A DNA stretch of 63,292 nucleotides, filler included, from Octopus bimaculoides (lineage: Eukaryota), in assembly GCF_001194135.2 (NCBI RefSeq). It is 4 parts of 4 records of this genome, joined end to end, with 100 filler letters (N's around TTAATTAATTAA, not from the genome) between each part and the next. Parts side by side here need not be neighbours in the genome. Positions count along the whole stretch, not along the records: positions 28,857 to 58,680 come from NC_068981.1; 3 more parts are not named here. One strand, 5' to 3'. Below, in pieces: positions 39,781-52,909 of the stretch (positions are counted from its first letter, which is position 1; every line of letters begins with the position of its first letter). The notes under the pieces are model-generated. The model had not been told where the DNA came from, ran no database searches, and saw only the letters and a list, made by a program, of their open reading frames with translations. A program made the translations under genes and the position numbers.

Positions 39781-40071
39781 AAGTTTTTAACATAACAAAA
39801 ATTATACCAGTGTGTTTCTTAGAAAAATAGTTTCAAGTGAAAAATGTGAAAGTACTGGTGATTAAATAGATTATTACTTGACAATAAAAACATGTGTCTC
39901 GTTTAATTTATTTTTAAATGTCACTGTTCTGCTTACCAATATTTTATATGCTTGAACTTTCAAATAAAGAATAACTGCTTTGTACATTTTCAGTTTCTGT
40001 TCCTTGTTTCTCTCTATTGCTTAACCTGACTCACTGACTTCTAATTGATAAAGACAAACCATATATCTTAC

Positions 40072-40272
40072 CAGCTCACATTATCACTTCAGCACTTGCC
40101 AGAAGCTGTCTTCATATAGGATGAAAACACGCAAATTATATTGATGTATTTGCAGTTAAAATCTTCTTATCATCTGGCTAGTGGAGAGATGCTAATTTTC
40201 TCTTAATTCCCAAGCCACATATTGCAGCCCTTCAGATCTTGAATGATGTTTCCATGGTTCCAAGTTCCAAAT
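40072..40272 (-). other. Candidate exon of a minus-strand spliced transcript
   Basis: cattattttcag acceptor and CTG|GTAAGA donor. Stops occur in all three frames. Confidence 0.4.
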
Positions 40273-40491
40273 CTGAAAATAATGATACATGCATGTATGC
40301 ATGCATGCATACATACATACACGCATACACACATACATACATACATTCATACATACATACATACATACATACATACATACACTCACACATATGCATACAT
40401 ACAAAAACACACAAACACATACATGCATAAATACGTACATATATACATACATATATACATTAGATCATGACATCATCAATATCAGACTTAC

Positions 40492-40548
40492 AAGCATAGA
40501 GGACCGTTTATGAATGTTTCCTTCTTCAATTATGCCAACTCCTCCAGC
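40492..40548 (-). other. Candidate 57-nt exon (AGGVGIIEEGNIHKRSSML in phase 0)
   Basis: ttgatttag acceptor and CTT|GTAAGT donor. Confidence 0.35.
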
Positions 40549-41307
40549 CTAAATCAATAACTTGTTTATTTCTTCTGTTATGAATGAATGGAAAACTTTT
40601 TACTTACCAATGTAGCATTATTCAAACCAGATTACAAAATATATCTTATACTGCATAGAATCTTGCTAAAATGACCATGACTGATATTGATAACAATAAC
40701 AGCAACACCAACACCAACTGCAATAACACTATGACACCTGTTAAGATGACTTAAGTACTCCTCCCACTTCTATTGGTCTTTATATTTAAATCAAGATCTA
40801 CTTTGATGCTTTGAAAAAGCCTGGGATGACCCTTATATTTTCTATATGAAGTGGCTAAAAAGTACTGGGGTGGAGCTTGCCCAAACTTAAACTATCTAAA
40901 GTAAAACAGCTTCAGCAATATGTATATTTATTTGCCATAAAAAAATTAAAAAATGGCTATCACATATGGCAATTGCTATTCTAACTCTTGTGATCCTCTC
41001 AAAATACTGAGAACCAACTGAGAGAGATGAACCACTACTACCATCTCTAAATTTTCATATATCTCCACATGTAACTGATTCAACAGAAATGACTGTGGAA
41101 TATATTCAATATAAGAACATTTTGAAACCTCAGTTCATAAAAAACTTTTCTAGTTTTTGTAAACTGTCACTGAGTGACAAACTATTCTTTAAGAGATTAA
41201 AGAAAAAGCTAACTGCTCTCATTCTAAAAGTTATCAGTTATGTGGCTGGAGGGCACATGGAATCATGTGGTGTTAATCACTGGACAATTAATACCTTCCT
41301 ATAAAGG

Positions 41308-41610
41308 GTAAAGACTCCCTTCGGTCATGAGTGACCATGGGATTACACCTACAAAGTTCCCCTTCAAGGCACAAGTCCAGGCATATCAACCTCTCCTCTC
41401 CACATCACTGATGTTATCCAAGAGAAAGGCAAAAGTTGATACAGCTTGGTATCAGTGATGTTGCAACTCATTTTTACAGCTGAGTGGACTGGAGCAATGT
41501 GAAATAAAGTGTCTTGCTCAAGAACACAACACACAACCCGGTCTGGGAATTGAACTCACTACCCCATGATCGTGAGCCTGACGCTCTAACCACTGAGTCA
41601 TGCGCCTTCA
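41308..41610 (-). mobile_element. SINE family C-related copy
   Basis: Reverse tRNA-like head at 41545-41610 and gagtggactggagcaa.gtgaaataaagtgtcttgctcaag body. Confidence 0.75.
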
Positions 41611-41869
41611 TATACACAGCTGCTATTACTGTTAAAGAACATCTCAGGGAAACTTGCAATGCATCAACAATATGTGCTGCTGAATTGGATGATTAATCAA
41701 GATAATAAAATCTAAGGGAAATAATGAGTCCATGCCCCATCAGTTACCTATGATGTCAAAAAATAAAACTCTGTAATGACTGTTCACACGAAGCCCTTGA
41801 GGGATCCTTTCACCACTCACATGCTCTTTTTTCTTTATCTTCAAAATAATAGTAAAACTCTTGTGCCAG

Positions 41870-42246
41870 ATGACATAATTCATGGAAGAGGGACACCCAG
41901 GAAGACATGGGACAAAGCATTGAAGGCTGATCTCAAAACACTGAGATGACAGAAGACCAAGATACATGGTGCATTGTTGCACTCAAGAAAACCGACCCAC
42001 CACAACTGAATTGAGATCTTAAAAACAAGGTGTCACATAAAAAGCATTGGTGCGTGTGCTAGTGCCAAGTAAAAAGCACCCAGTACATTCTGTAAAGTGG
42101 CTGTCATTAGGAAGAGCATTCAGCCACAGAAAACAAGCCAAAACAGACTATGGAACCTGATGCAGCCCCTGGCCTTGCCAGTTCTTGTCAAACCATTTAA
42201 CCCATGCCAGCATGGAAAACGTATGCTAAATGTTGATGATGATGAT
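41870..42246 (+). mobile_element. RTE LINE 3' fragment
   Basis: RGTPRKTWDKALKADLK...TW C-terminus, followed by the cccatgccagcatggaaaac...gatgatgat tail. Confidence 0.8.
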
Positions 42247-42851
42247 TATTATTCTAGTACTTGACTGTTACTTATTTTGTCAACCTGAGAAAGGGTGAAA
42301 AGCAAAGTTGACCACAAGATTTGAACGCAGAACATATAGAGAAGTAACAAAACAATGCAATTTTTGTCTAAAGGTGTAAGGATTATACCAATTTATCACA
42401 TAAAGATTGTTTAATATGAATGAAATAATTCGGTTTTTTTTTGTGGAATGTTGGATCTCAAAATAGATAAAGCTATAAATAATAGTGTGTAAATATTGAG
42501 TTAAAATACCCTTTGGACTGAAAAAGTCATATTATGAAAATTGCTCAAAAACAATTATTTGAAAAACAGTTATTTGAAATAAATATCATTTGTGTACTTG
42601 ATTTTTAATTTTATCATTTTTGTTTAAATAAAATAAAAAATTTAGAATAATTAACATTTCATATAAATGTCCTCTTGAATAATTTTCATTCATGTAATTT
42701 TCAATTGGAATAAATGTTTTTCGAACAATTTTTTACCAATAATTGTTTTCGAACAATTATTTTCAAACATTGTTCACATAATCGAAAAGTCAAAGGCTCT
42801 CACAGCAAACCAGGAATTATTTCACATTCTCTCAAAGTTTATAAATTCTTA

Positions 42852-43050
42852 TAGGCGTAGGAGTGGCTGCGTGGTAAGTAGCTTGCTTATGAACCACATG
42901 GTTCCGAGTTCAGTCCCACTGCGTGGCANNNNNNNNNNNNNNNNNNNNNNNNNNNNNNNNNNNNNNNNNNNNNNNNNNNNNNNNNNNNNNNNNNNNNNNN
43001 NNNNNNNNNNNNNNNNNNNNNNNNNNNNNNNNNNNNNNNNNNNNNNNNNN

Positions 43051-43082
<32 letters not shown>

Positions 43083-43296
43083 ATGTATATGTTTGTGTGT
43101 CTGTTTTTGTCCCCCCAACATCGCTTGACGACCGATGCTGGTGTGTTTACGTCCCCGTAACTTAGCGGTTCGGCAAAACAGACTGATAAAATAAGTACTA
43201 GGCTTACAAAGAATAAGTCCTGGGTTCAGTTAGCTCGACTAAAAGGCGGTGCTCCAGCATGGCCACAGTCAAATGACTGAAACAAGTAAAAGAGTA
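42852..43296 (+). mobile_element. SINE family B copy (gap inside)
   Basis: ggcgtaggagtggctgcgtggtaagtagcttgc...ggttccgagttcagtcccactgcgtggca head and ggcggtgctccagcatggccacagtc tail. Confidence 0.9.
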
Positions 43297-43947
43297 AAGA
43301 TGTACTTAATTTGCAGCATATGACACAATGCAACTTTAAGAGATACAAAATCAAATTTAAATAGGTTTCTTCAAGTCCAGACATTTGCATTGTAGCAACA
43401 CAGCTCACTGACTCCACTTTATTGATGTTTTCAATAATATATATGATCAGATGATATGTCTTGACACTATTTCCATCCAATCAGTGGCTGCCATTCTTTT
43501 TACACCTTTTTGACAGTTTCTAGACAAAAACTTCAAAGGATTATTTAACTTGAAAAGAAAAAAAAAAACCAGCTCAGCCAACACGTCAAATTTTACTAAG
43601 TTACACGACCCTGTTACACAGAAATCTTGTAAGAAAAATTACCATAAGGAACTCTTGTCAAAAATTAGGTTTAAAAAAAATATGGGAGTTTCTTATACAT
43701 GGATAGTATTATAATCCCATAAAAATCCTTTTTTCCAAATTTTAAGTCCCCACCAAAATTAGGGGTTCCTTATACATGAGGGTTCCTTACGTTAAAATAT
43801 GGCACTTGACTGTGTCAATGGCTTTACTTTTGACATGTTTGTTTGTTTGTTTCAGAAAGCTTGAGTTGATCCATCACTTTCTCTATGATTATAAAATAAA
43901 CAGTTACTGTCCATTTGAACAGAGCTGGAAATTTGCTTTACAAATCC

Positions 43948-44365
43948 ACATCACACTGTGGTAAGAAGTTTGCTTCCCAACCACAAGGTTCTTGGTTCAG
44001 TCCCACTGTGTGGCACCTAGGTAAAGTGTCTTCTATTATAGCTCCAGGTAAACCAAAGACTTGCAAGAGGATTTGGTAGATGGAAACTGGAAGAAGCCTG
44101 TCGTGTGTGTGTGAGTGTGTGTGCATGTGGGTGTGTGTGTAGGGGGGTCACTGTGTTTGTGTTTGTCCCCTATAACCACTTGGCAAATGGTGTTGATTTG
44201 TATATATCCCCATAACTTAGCGATTCAGCAAAAAGACAACAATAGAATAAATATCAGGTTTAAAAAAAATATAAGTACTGGGTGGATCTGGTCAACTAAC
44301 CCCATTCTGGATGGTGACCCAGCATGGCCACAGTCCAAAGACTGAAAGAAGTAGAAGATAAAAGA
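43948..44365 (+). mobile_element. SINE family B copy
   Basis: Same head and tail, CpG-decayed. Confidence 0.85.
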
Positions 44366-44377
44366 TAACTGATATAT

Positions 44378-44480
<103 letters not shown>

Positions 44481-45783
44481 CACACACACACACATGTGCA
44501 TACTCTTTCACAATGACAAGGATCTACTATAATAATACACTTGTGTTTTTCTCTGTCACAGCATATGAACGAGAAAGGAAGGGGTGATGGCAAACTGGTA
44601 GTGGGCGTGTTTCAATTCTTTGCGAATATATGCGTGTGTATGTTTGTGCATGTACAAAGGAAGTATGTGAATATTTGTATGTGTGAACCAGTGTTCTCTC
44701 AGTAACAAGCGATGATCAATGTCACATCTCAAAATACAACTAGATAACATTGACAAGTGTATTAATTTGATTTACCATCCATATTTATATATAAAATACT
44801 GCAATTAGCTATCATTTTTGATGGCACATGGCCAGCTAGTAAGATATATATTCTTTTCATAGACAATGTCTCATGCAGACTTAAATTGTTTAATATTTTC
44901 ATTTGAAATATATTCTATTTCATGTTAATTTCCTCACAAACATTTTTGTGTGAAAATATAAACTATTCCATCTCTTTGAAATATGAACTTGGTGATATGA
45001 ACTGATATACTTTTACAATTTTACATACTGTCATGATTGGTAGCATCAGTAATTTCAAAAGTGATTTCATTTTTTTATGTAATAGGATTCTTGCTGCTAT
45101 TGTTTATTTATTATTATTTTTTTTTTATCTTGGACTGTATTCTATTTTGGTCATTAGTTTCAATTGTTCTGTCATTTTTATTATGCACTATGCTTCTGGC
45201 TGTTATTTTCGTTCAATGCTCTAATCAGTTCTCATTCATTGAAATCTACCTGATTTTCTTTTACCAGTTTAATTACTTATAAAATATGATTATTCACTCC
45301 AATTTATCATATTTTGCCAATAATTGGATTGAGTGACATCAATCTATTAATTTTTTTGCTTAAGCAATAATCATTAAATAGATTTGTCTTCCAAACACAG
45401 ATATGATGAAAGAAATATGATGAAAGAATGATCTTATTTTCAGAAACATTAACTTAACTCCAATAAATGAAAGTGTTTTGATGATGAAGATGTGTGAAAT
45501 AGTGATTTCTGTTATAGACAAAATGAAACACATATTGGTAAAGGAAGCAACTGACTAGTATTTTTTTTGTTGAGTCCAGAAGGATGAAACTCTATTGTTT
45601 GTAGAAAATTACAGGCAACTTTCTGATCATGATATAAGGGACCAGATTACAAAGTGTAATCTCCATTATTTCTCTCATTTACATTCTAAATACCATTAAC
45701 ATCACACAATGTCATCTGAGACATTATGCTTTTATAAAAAATTAATTCAGAGGGTGCTTAATTCAATGGCATAGCTTGAGGAA

Positions 45784-46043
45784 GTGCAGCCCAGAGTGAG
45801 TGCAGCCCAGAGTGTTTGCAGCACAGAGTGTGTGCAGCTCAGAGTGAGTGAAACCCAGAGTGTGTGCAGCCCAGAGTGTGTACAGCCCAGAGTGTATGCT
45901 GCCCAGAGTGAGCGTAGCCCAGAGTGTGTGCAGCTCAGAGTGTGTGCAGCCGAGAGTGTGTACTGACCAGAGTGTGTGCAGCCCAGAGTGAGTGCAGCCC
46001 AGAGTGTTTGCAGCACAGAGTGAGTGCAGCCCAGAGTGTGTGC
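45784..46043. repeat. 16-bp minisatellite (cagcccagagtgtgtg), about 16 copies
   Basis: Directly visible tandem array. Confidence 0.95.
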
Positions 46044-47111
46044 CATTCTTAAGTTTGCACCATGTCCTGCTCCCCCTTGGGTGGGGGTCAGTACACCCTA
46101 TAGAGGCTTATACAGGAGACCCTAAAGTGCCAATCCCATAAAAGCATCATCCAGGGCAGACATCTTCCTATCCTTACCAAACTCTGGGCTTAATTACATC
46201 TCTTTTAAAGTGGATCACCATAACCCTTTAGCATTCAGATTATTCTGTCAGAGGAAATCTTATTTATTCACATCATTTTGAATTAATTATCCATTAACTT
46301 CTTACTTTGAGATTTTGATGATGCATTTCAGTTTTAGAATAACATTGTATGGTAGGTGTGAGAATTTTAATCTGACTGGTTTTTATTATAAAACTTGTGG
46401 ATTATTTGGGCTGGATATGGCCAGTTAAAGCACTAAAGAGATAAATTCAGTTGGATGACATTATTTTGTATTAATCTTTAATGTCTTCTTGTAGGTTCTA
46501 CTAAAATTTTAAAGAAATGTCATCATTTTTCTATCAGAATTCAGATTTTGGATTCTTCTAAAATCTAAACTATTTTATTCAAACATTATTTTATATGAAG
46601 CTCAGTTAATATAATGCACTTAGCCCTTTTGATACCAACCTGCCTGAGACTACCCCAGGTTCAATGATACAAATTTGCTGTTTTTAAGTAATTTAAATTA
46701 TGACCTTCTCTCACAATACTATCCCAATTAATGTTCCAAACCCTAGCTTAACAATAACAAAATTATTTAATGCTTTATCATTTTCAAAATTTATTGAAAT
46801 TAAAATAGTGTATTTCAAGAGAAACATGGTAATAAAAAGGCTAATCTTCACAACTACAATGTCCAACCACAAACCAAAATAGATAATTATTGTTCCAGAA
46901 ATTTCCTACGATCTCATCCTAAAATCTCTAACTGACCCAGATAAACACAAAACAATAAAACAGCTGTACTGTTGAATGCTCTGCTGGAAAACATCAGTTG
47001 GGTGACCAATGTGTATCATAAATATTAAAACACTTTGAGTTGATCTGGGTCAAACAATTTTAGGCGACAATTGTAGAAGTTTATTGGAGTAATGTTCATG
47101 AATCTTATGTA

Positions 47112-47142
<31 letters not shown>

Positions 47143-47144
<2 letters not shown>

Positions 47145-47354
47145 AGGCATGGGCTATGGCTGCTAAGAAGTTTGTTTCATAACCATGTGGTTTTGGGTTC
47201 AGTCTTATTACATGGCACCTTGGGCAAATGCTTTAACTATAGCCCCAGACTAACCAAAACCTTGAAAGTGAATTTGGTTGATGGAAACTGAAAAGAATCC
47301 TGTTATGAGTGCAAGTGTGTGTATGTGTGTGTGCGTGTGCATGTGTGTATGCGA

Positions 47355-47402
<48 letters not shown>

Positions 47403-47570
47403 GCATAGGCTTTGGCTGTTAAGAAGTTTGTGTCATAACCATGTTTTTTAGTTTTAGGTTCAGTCCTATTGCATGGCACCTTGGGTAAATGTCTTCTACT
47501 ATAGCCAAGACTAACGAAAACCTTGAAAGAGAATTTAGCTGATGGAAACTGAAAAGAATCCTGTTATGAA
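47143..47570 (+). mobile_element. Two tandem SINE family B 5' halves
   Basis: 47143-47310 and 47399-47570 share the variant aaaagaatcctgttatg. Confidence 0.8.
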
Positions 47571-47572
47571 TG

Positions 47573-47611
<39 letters not shown>

Positions 47612-48188
47612 TGAAAAAACATTCAAGCAAGGTTGTTGCCAGTGCCGCTGGACTGGCTCCTGTCACCTAAAAAACACCATTTGAATGTGGCTGTTGCCAG
47701 TACCATCTGACTGACCCTCGTGCCAGTGGCACATAAAAGCACTCACTACATTATGAAGTAACTCCAAGCCCCCAGAAACAGCTGTCAGACCTGTAGCACC
47801 ATACCTTTTCCCCTTTAATTTTCTGTATCTTTGTACTTTGTGTAAGTTTGCCCTGTTGATATATAAATATTCATATATTTATAATTGAATATCCATCGAC
47901 TGAAAGTCGTATGTGTATATTTTATATATCAACCCAAGCAGTTTTATTTGTTTATTTGCACCATTATCTCTCTCTCCCACTCTCTCTCTCACTCTCTCTT
48001 TCTCTCTCTCTCTATATATGTATGTATATATACATACATACATATACATACATATATATATATATATTTGATTCACTCTCAGTTGAAAGACACCTGTTGT
48101 TATATTCTAATTGTTTGTATTTGTAATTGTGTACCATGTTCTCCGTTTTTTTGTCTTTGTTGCCGAACACATTTGCTAGCTTTCTTAC

Positions 48189-48290
48189 AAAAAAGTCTAA
48201 TGCTCTTAGCTTAGACGTTTTTGGAGGCAACCAGATCAAACTGTCTCAAGTGCAACTGTCCAAAACAGTAAGGACTTCTGGTATACTTGA
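48189..48290 (-). other. Candidate 102-nt exon
   Basis: ccttctttcttcag acceptor and TTT|GTAAGA donor. Confidence 0.4.
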
Positions 48291-49215
48291 CTGAAGAAAG
48301 AAGGCCATGTATATATGTGTATATATATGTAATGGATGATATTAATTAGTAAACAATAATATGGGAAGACGATAGTCGATACACAATAGGATGAAATGTA
48401 ATTTGTTTGTAAAGATTGGTTCTTCGTTGATAGCCATTATGTAAAAATGAAAGAACAGTGATTGAAGTTGTAAAGAAAATATTTATTTACCGTTACATTG
48501 AATATAATACCTTGCCTCGACGAGCAGATAATAAAATCCTAGAGCGTGCAAAGTAAAAAAGTTAATTTTGGCCTGTGTGTTTGTATTGTAGTAGTAAACC
48601 ATAGAGAGAGATATGGCAATGCGCACAGAAGACAAAGTGAGTTAGTAAAAGTGAGAGAGTGTTGGAAGTTGGGTCTCATAGCTGCTGACAGTAGATTTCA
48701 TTTCTCCATTTGACCATTGTCTTTAGTAGCCGCCTTGCTTTGGATCATGATTCTAGCGTTTTGCTCCCTAAGTGATGGTCGAGTTTGTCATTCATTAACT
48801 AACTGATTGAGTTGTCAGGAGCTGACTAACTCAGTTATCCCCAAGTCATTAACTGATTTTTGCTTGGGGTTCTTGTTTTTATAACTATCCAGAAGGATAG
48901 ACATATCGTTGAAAACAATGGATTTAGTTGGTGGTCTTGTTATCTCAATTCTAGCTTTTGGTGAAATAGAAGAGATTAGAAGGGTCAAGTGGTGAAGACA
49001 TTATTTCGGCCTAGCTAAGACAATCTGGCACAGAAAAACTATTGTTTTACCATGAGAAAAGTTCTGTTGAAGTGTTAATTTAAATTTGGTAATGGTGGAT
49101 TGAATCCACTTCATGCTTGCAAGATTCACTACACACACACACACATATATATATATATATGGAGTGAGAGAGAGAGAGAGATACACATACACACATACAC
49201 ACACACACACACACA

Positions 49216-49399
49216 TACGACAAATGCTGAAAAGTTCCTGGCTTTGGGCAAAAGAAAATATGATGATTTTATTCAACATATTCCCCTCTCGGATTCACAC
49301 ACTTATTGCAGGGGTCGTCTAGTTTTTCTAAGCCTTGTAAAAGAACTCGGAAGGAGGGCCTCCAGCCAGGCCTTTCGCGACACCCTTAAAGCCAGGAAC
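49216..49399. mobile_element. Mariner-derived MITE/internally deleted copy
   Basis: Left end tacgacaaatgctgaaaagttcctggcttt. Right end aaagccaggaac is the partial inverted copy. Confidence 0.6.
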
Positions 49400-50106
49400 A
49401 TACGCATGTATATGCATTTATGCATGTACACACTCACTCACACGCACGCACACACCCACACCCACCATTGATGCTCCAAGCAGCGTGTTTTAGCTAACGT
49501 AATATATATGTACGATAGTGTATATTCTATACTTTCTTATACGATGAACGTTGCCGTGTTAAAGCTGTCGCTGAATTGCGCGATCGAACACACTAGATAA
49601 ACGTAAACAAATCAGTTTACAATCTCTTCCTGAACAGAAAACGGAGATCGGCTCTTATTCTGTTTGTGGAAAGATTGTGAAGATTGATTACATTTGTCCT
49701 GTGAGGTTCATCGTCCAACGTAGCGACGGCTAACACTTGTATTACACAGTATATATGTTATTGTGTTTGTGAGTTTATAATTTCTTTAGTAGCAATGATG
49801 TATTTCGTGTACGAACTTAAACATTTGGTGCAGTATTGGTTGGGATCATGATAGAAGTGTACGGGTTGGGAAACAGATGGAGATAGTGCGGAAAGTAGCA
49901 ATGAGAAAGATATGATCTTTATATATTGTGAGTGAGAGTAAGCGGAAAATATAAGAGAGGGAGAGTGTGAGAGTTAGAAAAGTCGATGTAAATCTATAAA
50001 GACAAGAGAAAGACTACGTTGCGAGGAAGTAATCATTTGTTACTATATATGAAGAGGGAGGAGGAAAGAGAGCAAGTGCTGGGTGCAAGAAGGATATGAA
50101 AGACAT

Positions 50107-50165
50107 GAGGGAGGGACAGAGGGGATGAGGGAGGGACAGAGGGGATGAGGGAGGGACAGAGGGGA
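50107..50165. repeat. 20-bp tandem repeat (gagggacagaggggatgagg) x3
   Basis: Directly visible. Confidence 0.9.
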
Positions 50166-50632
50166 AGAGTGAGAGAGTAAGCGTAGGGTGTAAGAAAGAT
50201 ATGACAGACAAGAAAAGGGAGGGTGAGTGAGCGGTGTTTAGGCAGCAGGAGTCGTCGCTGCATAGGTTGACAAAAAGATAGAGCGATTATGAGAGATCTG
50301 AAGCAGCTAGGAAGCCATGTAGAGAAAGGGGTAAGTTTATGAGGAGTACACGAGGAGGAAGAAATTAAGTATACAGACAAAGTGAGTACGATTCAATTAA
50401 CAACAAAACAAAGAGTAAAGCAACGCATACTTCACCAGCCCTTTCAGTAGAAGGCTTAGCGTAGCAAACCCGTGGGAGGTACAGAAACATAGACAACATC
50501 TTGACTTTTACCATCGGAGTCAGTCGGAAACTAATTCCCGTGTCTTGTCTGTGATGTGAGAACCCTACTCTTAAAAAGTATAAATTTGTATTTCTACCTT
50601 AGTAACGTTGCTATGAGTACTAATGTTGCTCG

Positions 50633-50710
50633 ATGGGATCTCCACAACAGCAGAAACGTGTGGTCAAGAACAGAATGACGGATAATAATTTAATTGAAGT
50701 GAAAAGCAAG
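50633..50710 (+). CDS. Candidate first coding exon MGSPQQQKRVVKNRMTDNNLIEVKSK (unidentified gene)
   Basis: Acceptor tttctaccttag at 50602, ATG, 26 open codons, consensus donor AAG|GTAAGT. Lies in the CpG-retaining block. Confidence 0.4.
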
Positions 50711-52909
50711 GTAAGTTTCTTTTTTTATTTTGCTCATAAATATGTATGAAATTTGTTTAAAATATCTGTTGTTCTGGTCTCGTGAAAATATAAGTATAAA
50801 GTCTTGTTACCGGTCTCTTTATTTTGTAAGATAAAATTTAGAGGGAGTGTTTATGCAATTATTGCGAGGTGAGCCAGGTGCGAGTAGTGTTTTCTACACA
50901 CCCGAAATTCTGACTACCTCCAACATAAGCACACGTTTTTCTTCTTACAATGTCATGTTCGAAGCTGTATTATGACCCCATCCCTTTTTTTTTTTTTCTC
51001 GTGTATCATTACCCTAAATTGTGTGATACCTGAATAAATGTCGGACACTCCTTGATCACAGTAACTTTGCTCTCTTTTACCTTATGTCTGTTCTCATTTC
51101 ACTGCTCTGCATAAATGAAAAATCTTTCGTTAGCTTTATTTCGTCAAAGCCTTTCTTTTTTTTATATACATACTCTTATAAATTAGAATATTCGAATTCA
51201 TTATCGGGATAATATTCTATTTAAAACGTCATAGTATACTTTCATTTGTCCACTCTTAACTTATTTCTTAAGATGCTGACTATTTGTCTACCTCCGCCAA
51301 CGATTACTGTTATGTAGTTTATTTAATTATACGTGTTATATGCGTATCTTTTTATGTTTTCACCCCTCTAGATTTCTTTTCGACAGGCCACCTGTGGTAT
51401 GTTATATTGGCATGCGAACCGCCTTAAAATATTCCTGTTCAAATACTTGGAATAACAATGTGATTGTGTATCAACGCTAAGCTTGCTTTAAAATATCTTG
51501 TAATATTTGTCTTGAAATCACCGAAATCACCGATATATATAAACATACATACACACGCCAAAAGTGTTAGTTGTATTGATGAGGCTTTCTAATTACCCAA
51601 GATAGTTATCTGTTTGAAACAGAATATTTACAAAACCACACACAAACACACTGAATATTAGTTTCACTCGATGTAGCTGTTTGCTTAAATTTTATCTAGC
51701 AAATGAGCCAGAATTTAGAATCTAATCTATCCGCAGGGATTATGTTATCCATTGCGGATTGTTAGTGCGTGTATTTAACGGCAAAATACAAGACTTGTTA
51801 CGACTTAACATGAAAGTATTTAGCTGAAGTACTAGAAGTGTTAGCTTATTATTTAATTACAGATTACATTTATCTATTTTATTTTAGATATCTGTAACTT
51901 TTTTAATTGCTTCTTTTGTGTAAGAATTCTAATTTTGAATGTACGGTTTTTTCTAACTTTTCCAATGTTTACTTGCACATCACCTAACATGAGGCACCTT
52001 GATAATTTATTTACCGTTGAAAGTGTATTATTATATAGCTTAGTGGCACTTAATGTAGTATGGATGTTATAATTAGATAATTAACCTAACATAATGAAGG
52101 CTCTTATATTTAACAAATTACACAGCAATGCTTTTGTTTCTTGGTAACGCCGTAACTTCTAATTAAGATACTTATGTCATCGAGTTTAGTTACACGGTTG
52201 ATGGTGGTAACCCGTATGGATGTAAATTGATACCCGGTTTAAAGAACAGTAAGCTAGATTAATTCAGTAATGATATAGGCTGAAATAAACTTGATAAGGG
52301 CAATTTTTTACTTTCCGGTCAAACTTTGAAAAATAATAAATTATGAGTAATTGTAAGCTGTCAGCGAACCGAGTCCTTGGTTTTGTTTTGGATTGTTGTT
52401 TTTAGCTGTTTCTCTTCAGTTCTGTTGTTAATGCCCTTGGGAAAGGCATGACCGTCACGAATTTCATTCTACTTACTATCCAGAACAGCAATTGACTGAC
52501 ATACTTAGTGCGTGTATCGGGGGAGGTAAATATGCTTATAAGTTTATAAAAATAAAGAAAATCATAGTGCAGTTATTTTTGTTCCATATAAACACTGAAT
52601 ACATGTTTTATAAGACCTGAAACATTTCTATTTTTATTTAAATTGGAATAGTTATACTGCAGAAAGGTAACTAACTTCAACGCACGTCGTTTAGGTGCGC
52701 AAGCACCACATTTGACATTTGTGAAACTGTCATTTGTGAAGCTAGTTTTTCTCTTTTATTTGTACTTTTTTTTTTTTTTTTTGGTGAATTTCAAGTAAAA
52801 AGTAAACTTGTGATTTTTGAGAATTTCTTTTCCTACTTCAGAACTTTATCGACCTTCGTTTGAAAGTGAGTGCTGGTGATGGTTGTGCATATGATTTTGT
52901 GACACCTGA

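Larger units (their letters stand above)
48400..50600. promoter_or_regulatory. Probable divergent promoter / unmethylated region
   Basis: CpG retained here but depleted on both sides. Splice signals point minus to the left and plus to the right. Inference only. Confidence 0.3.

Noticed and set aside
40072-40190. SECIS element downstream of the UGA-containing exon chain
   Set aside because: Two ATGA motifs are present, but neither has the required stem, apical AA and opposing GA.
40440-40610. C/D-box snoRNA in the short introns
   Set aside because: CTGA precedes TGATGA, the wrong order, and there is no terminal stem.
45784-46043. CRISPR-like array
   Set aside because: Contiguous units with no unique spacers, in a eukaryotic context.
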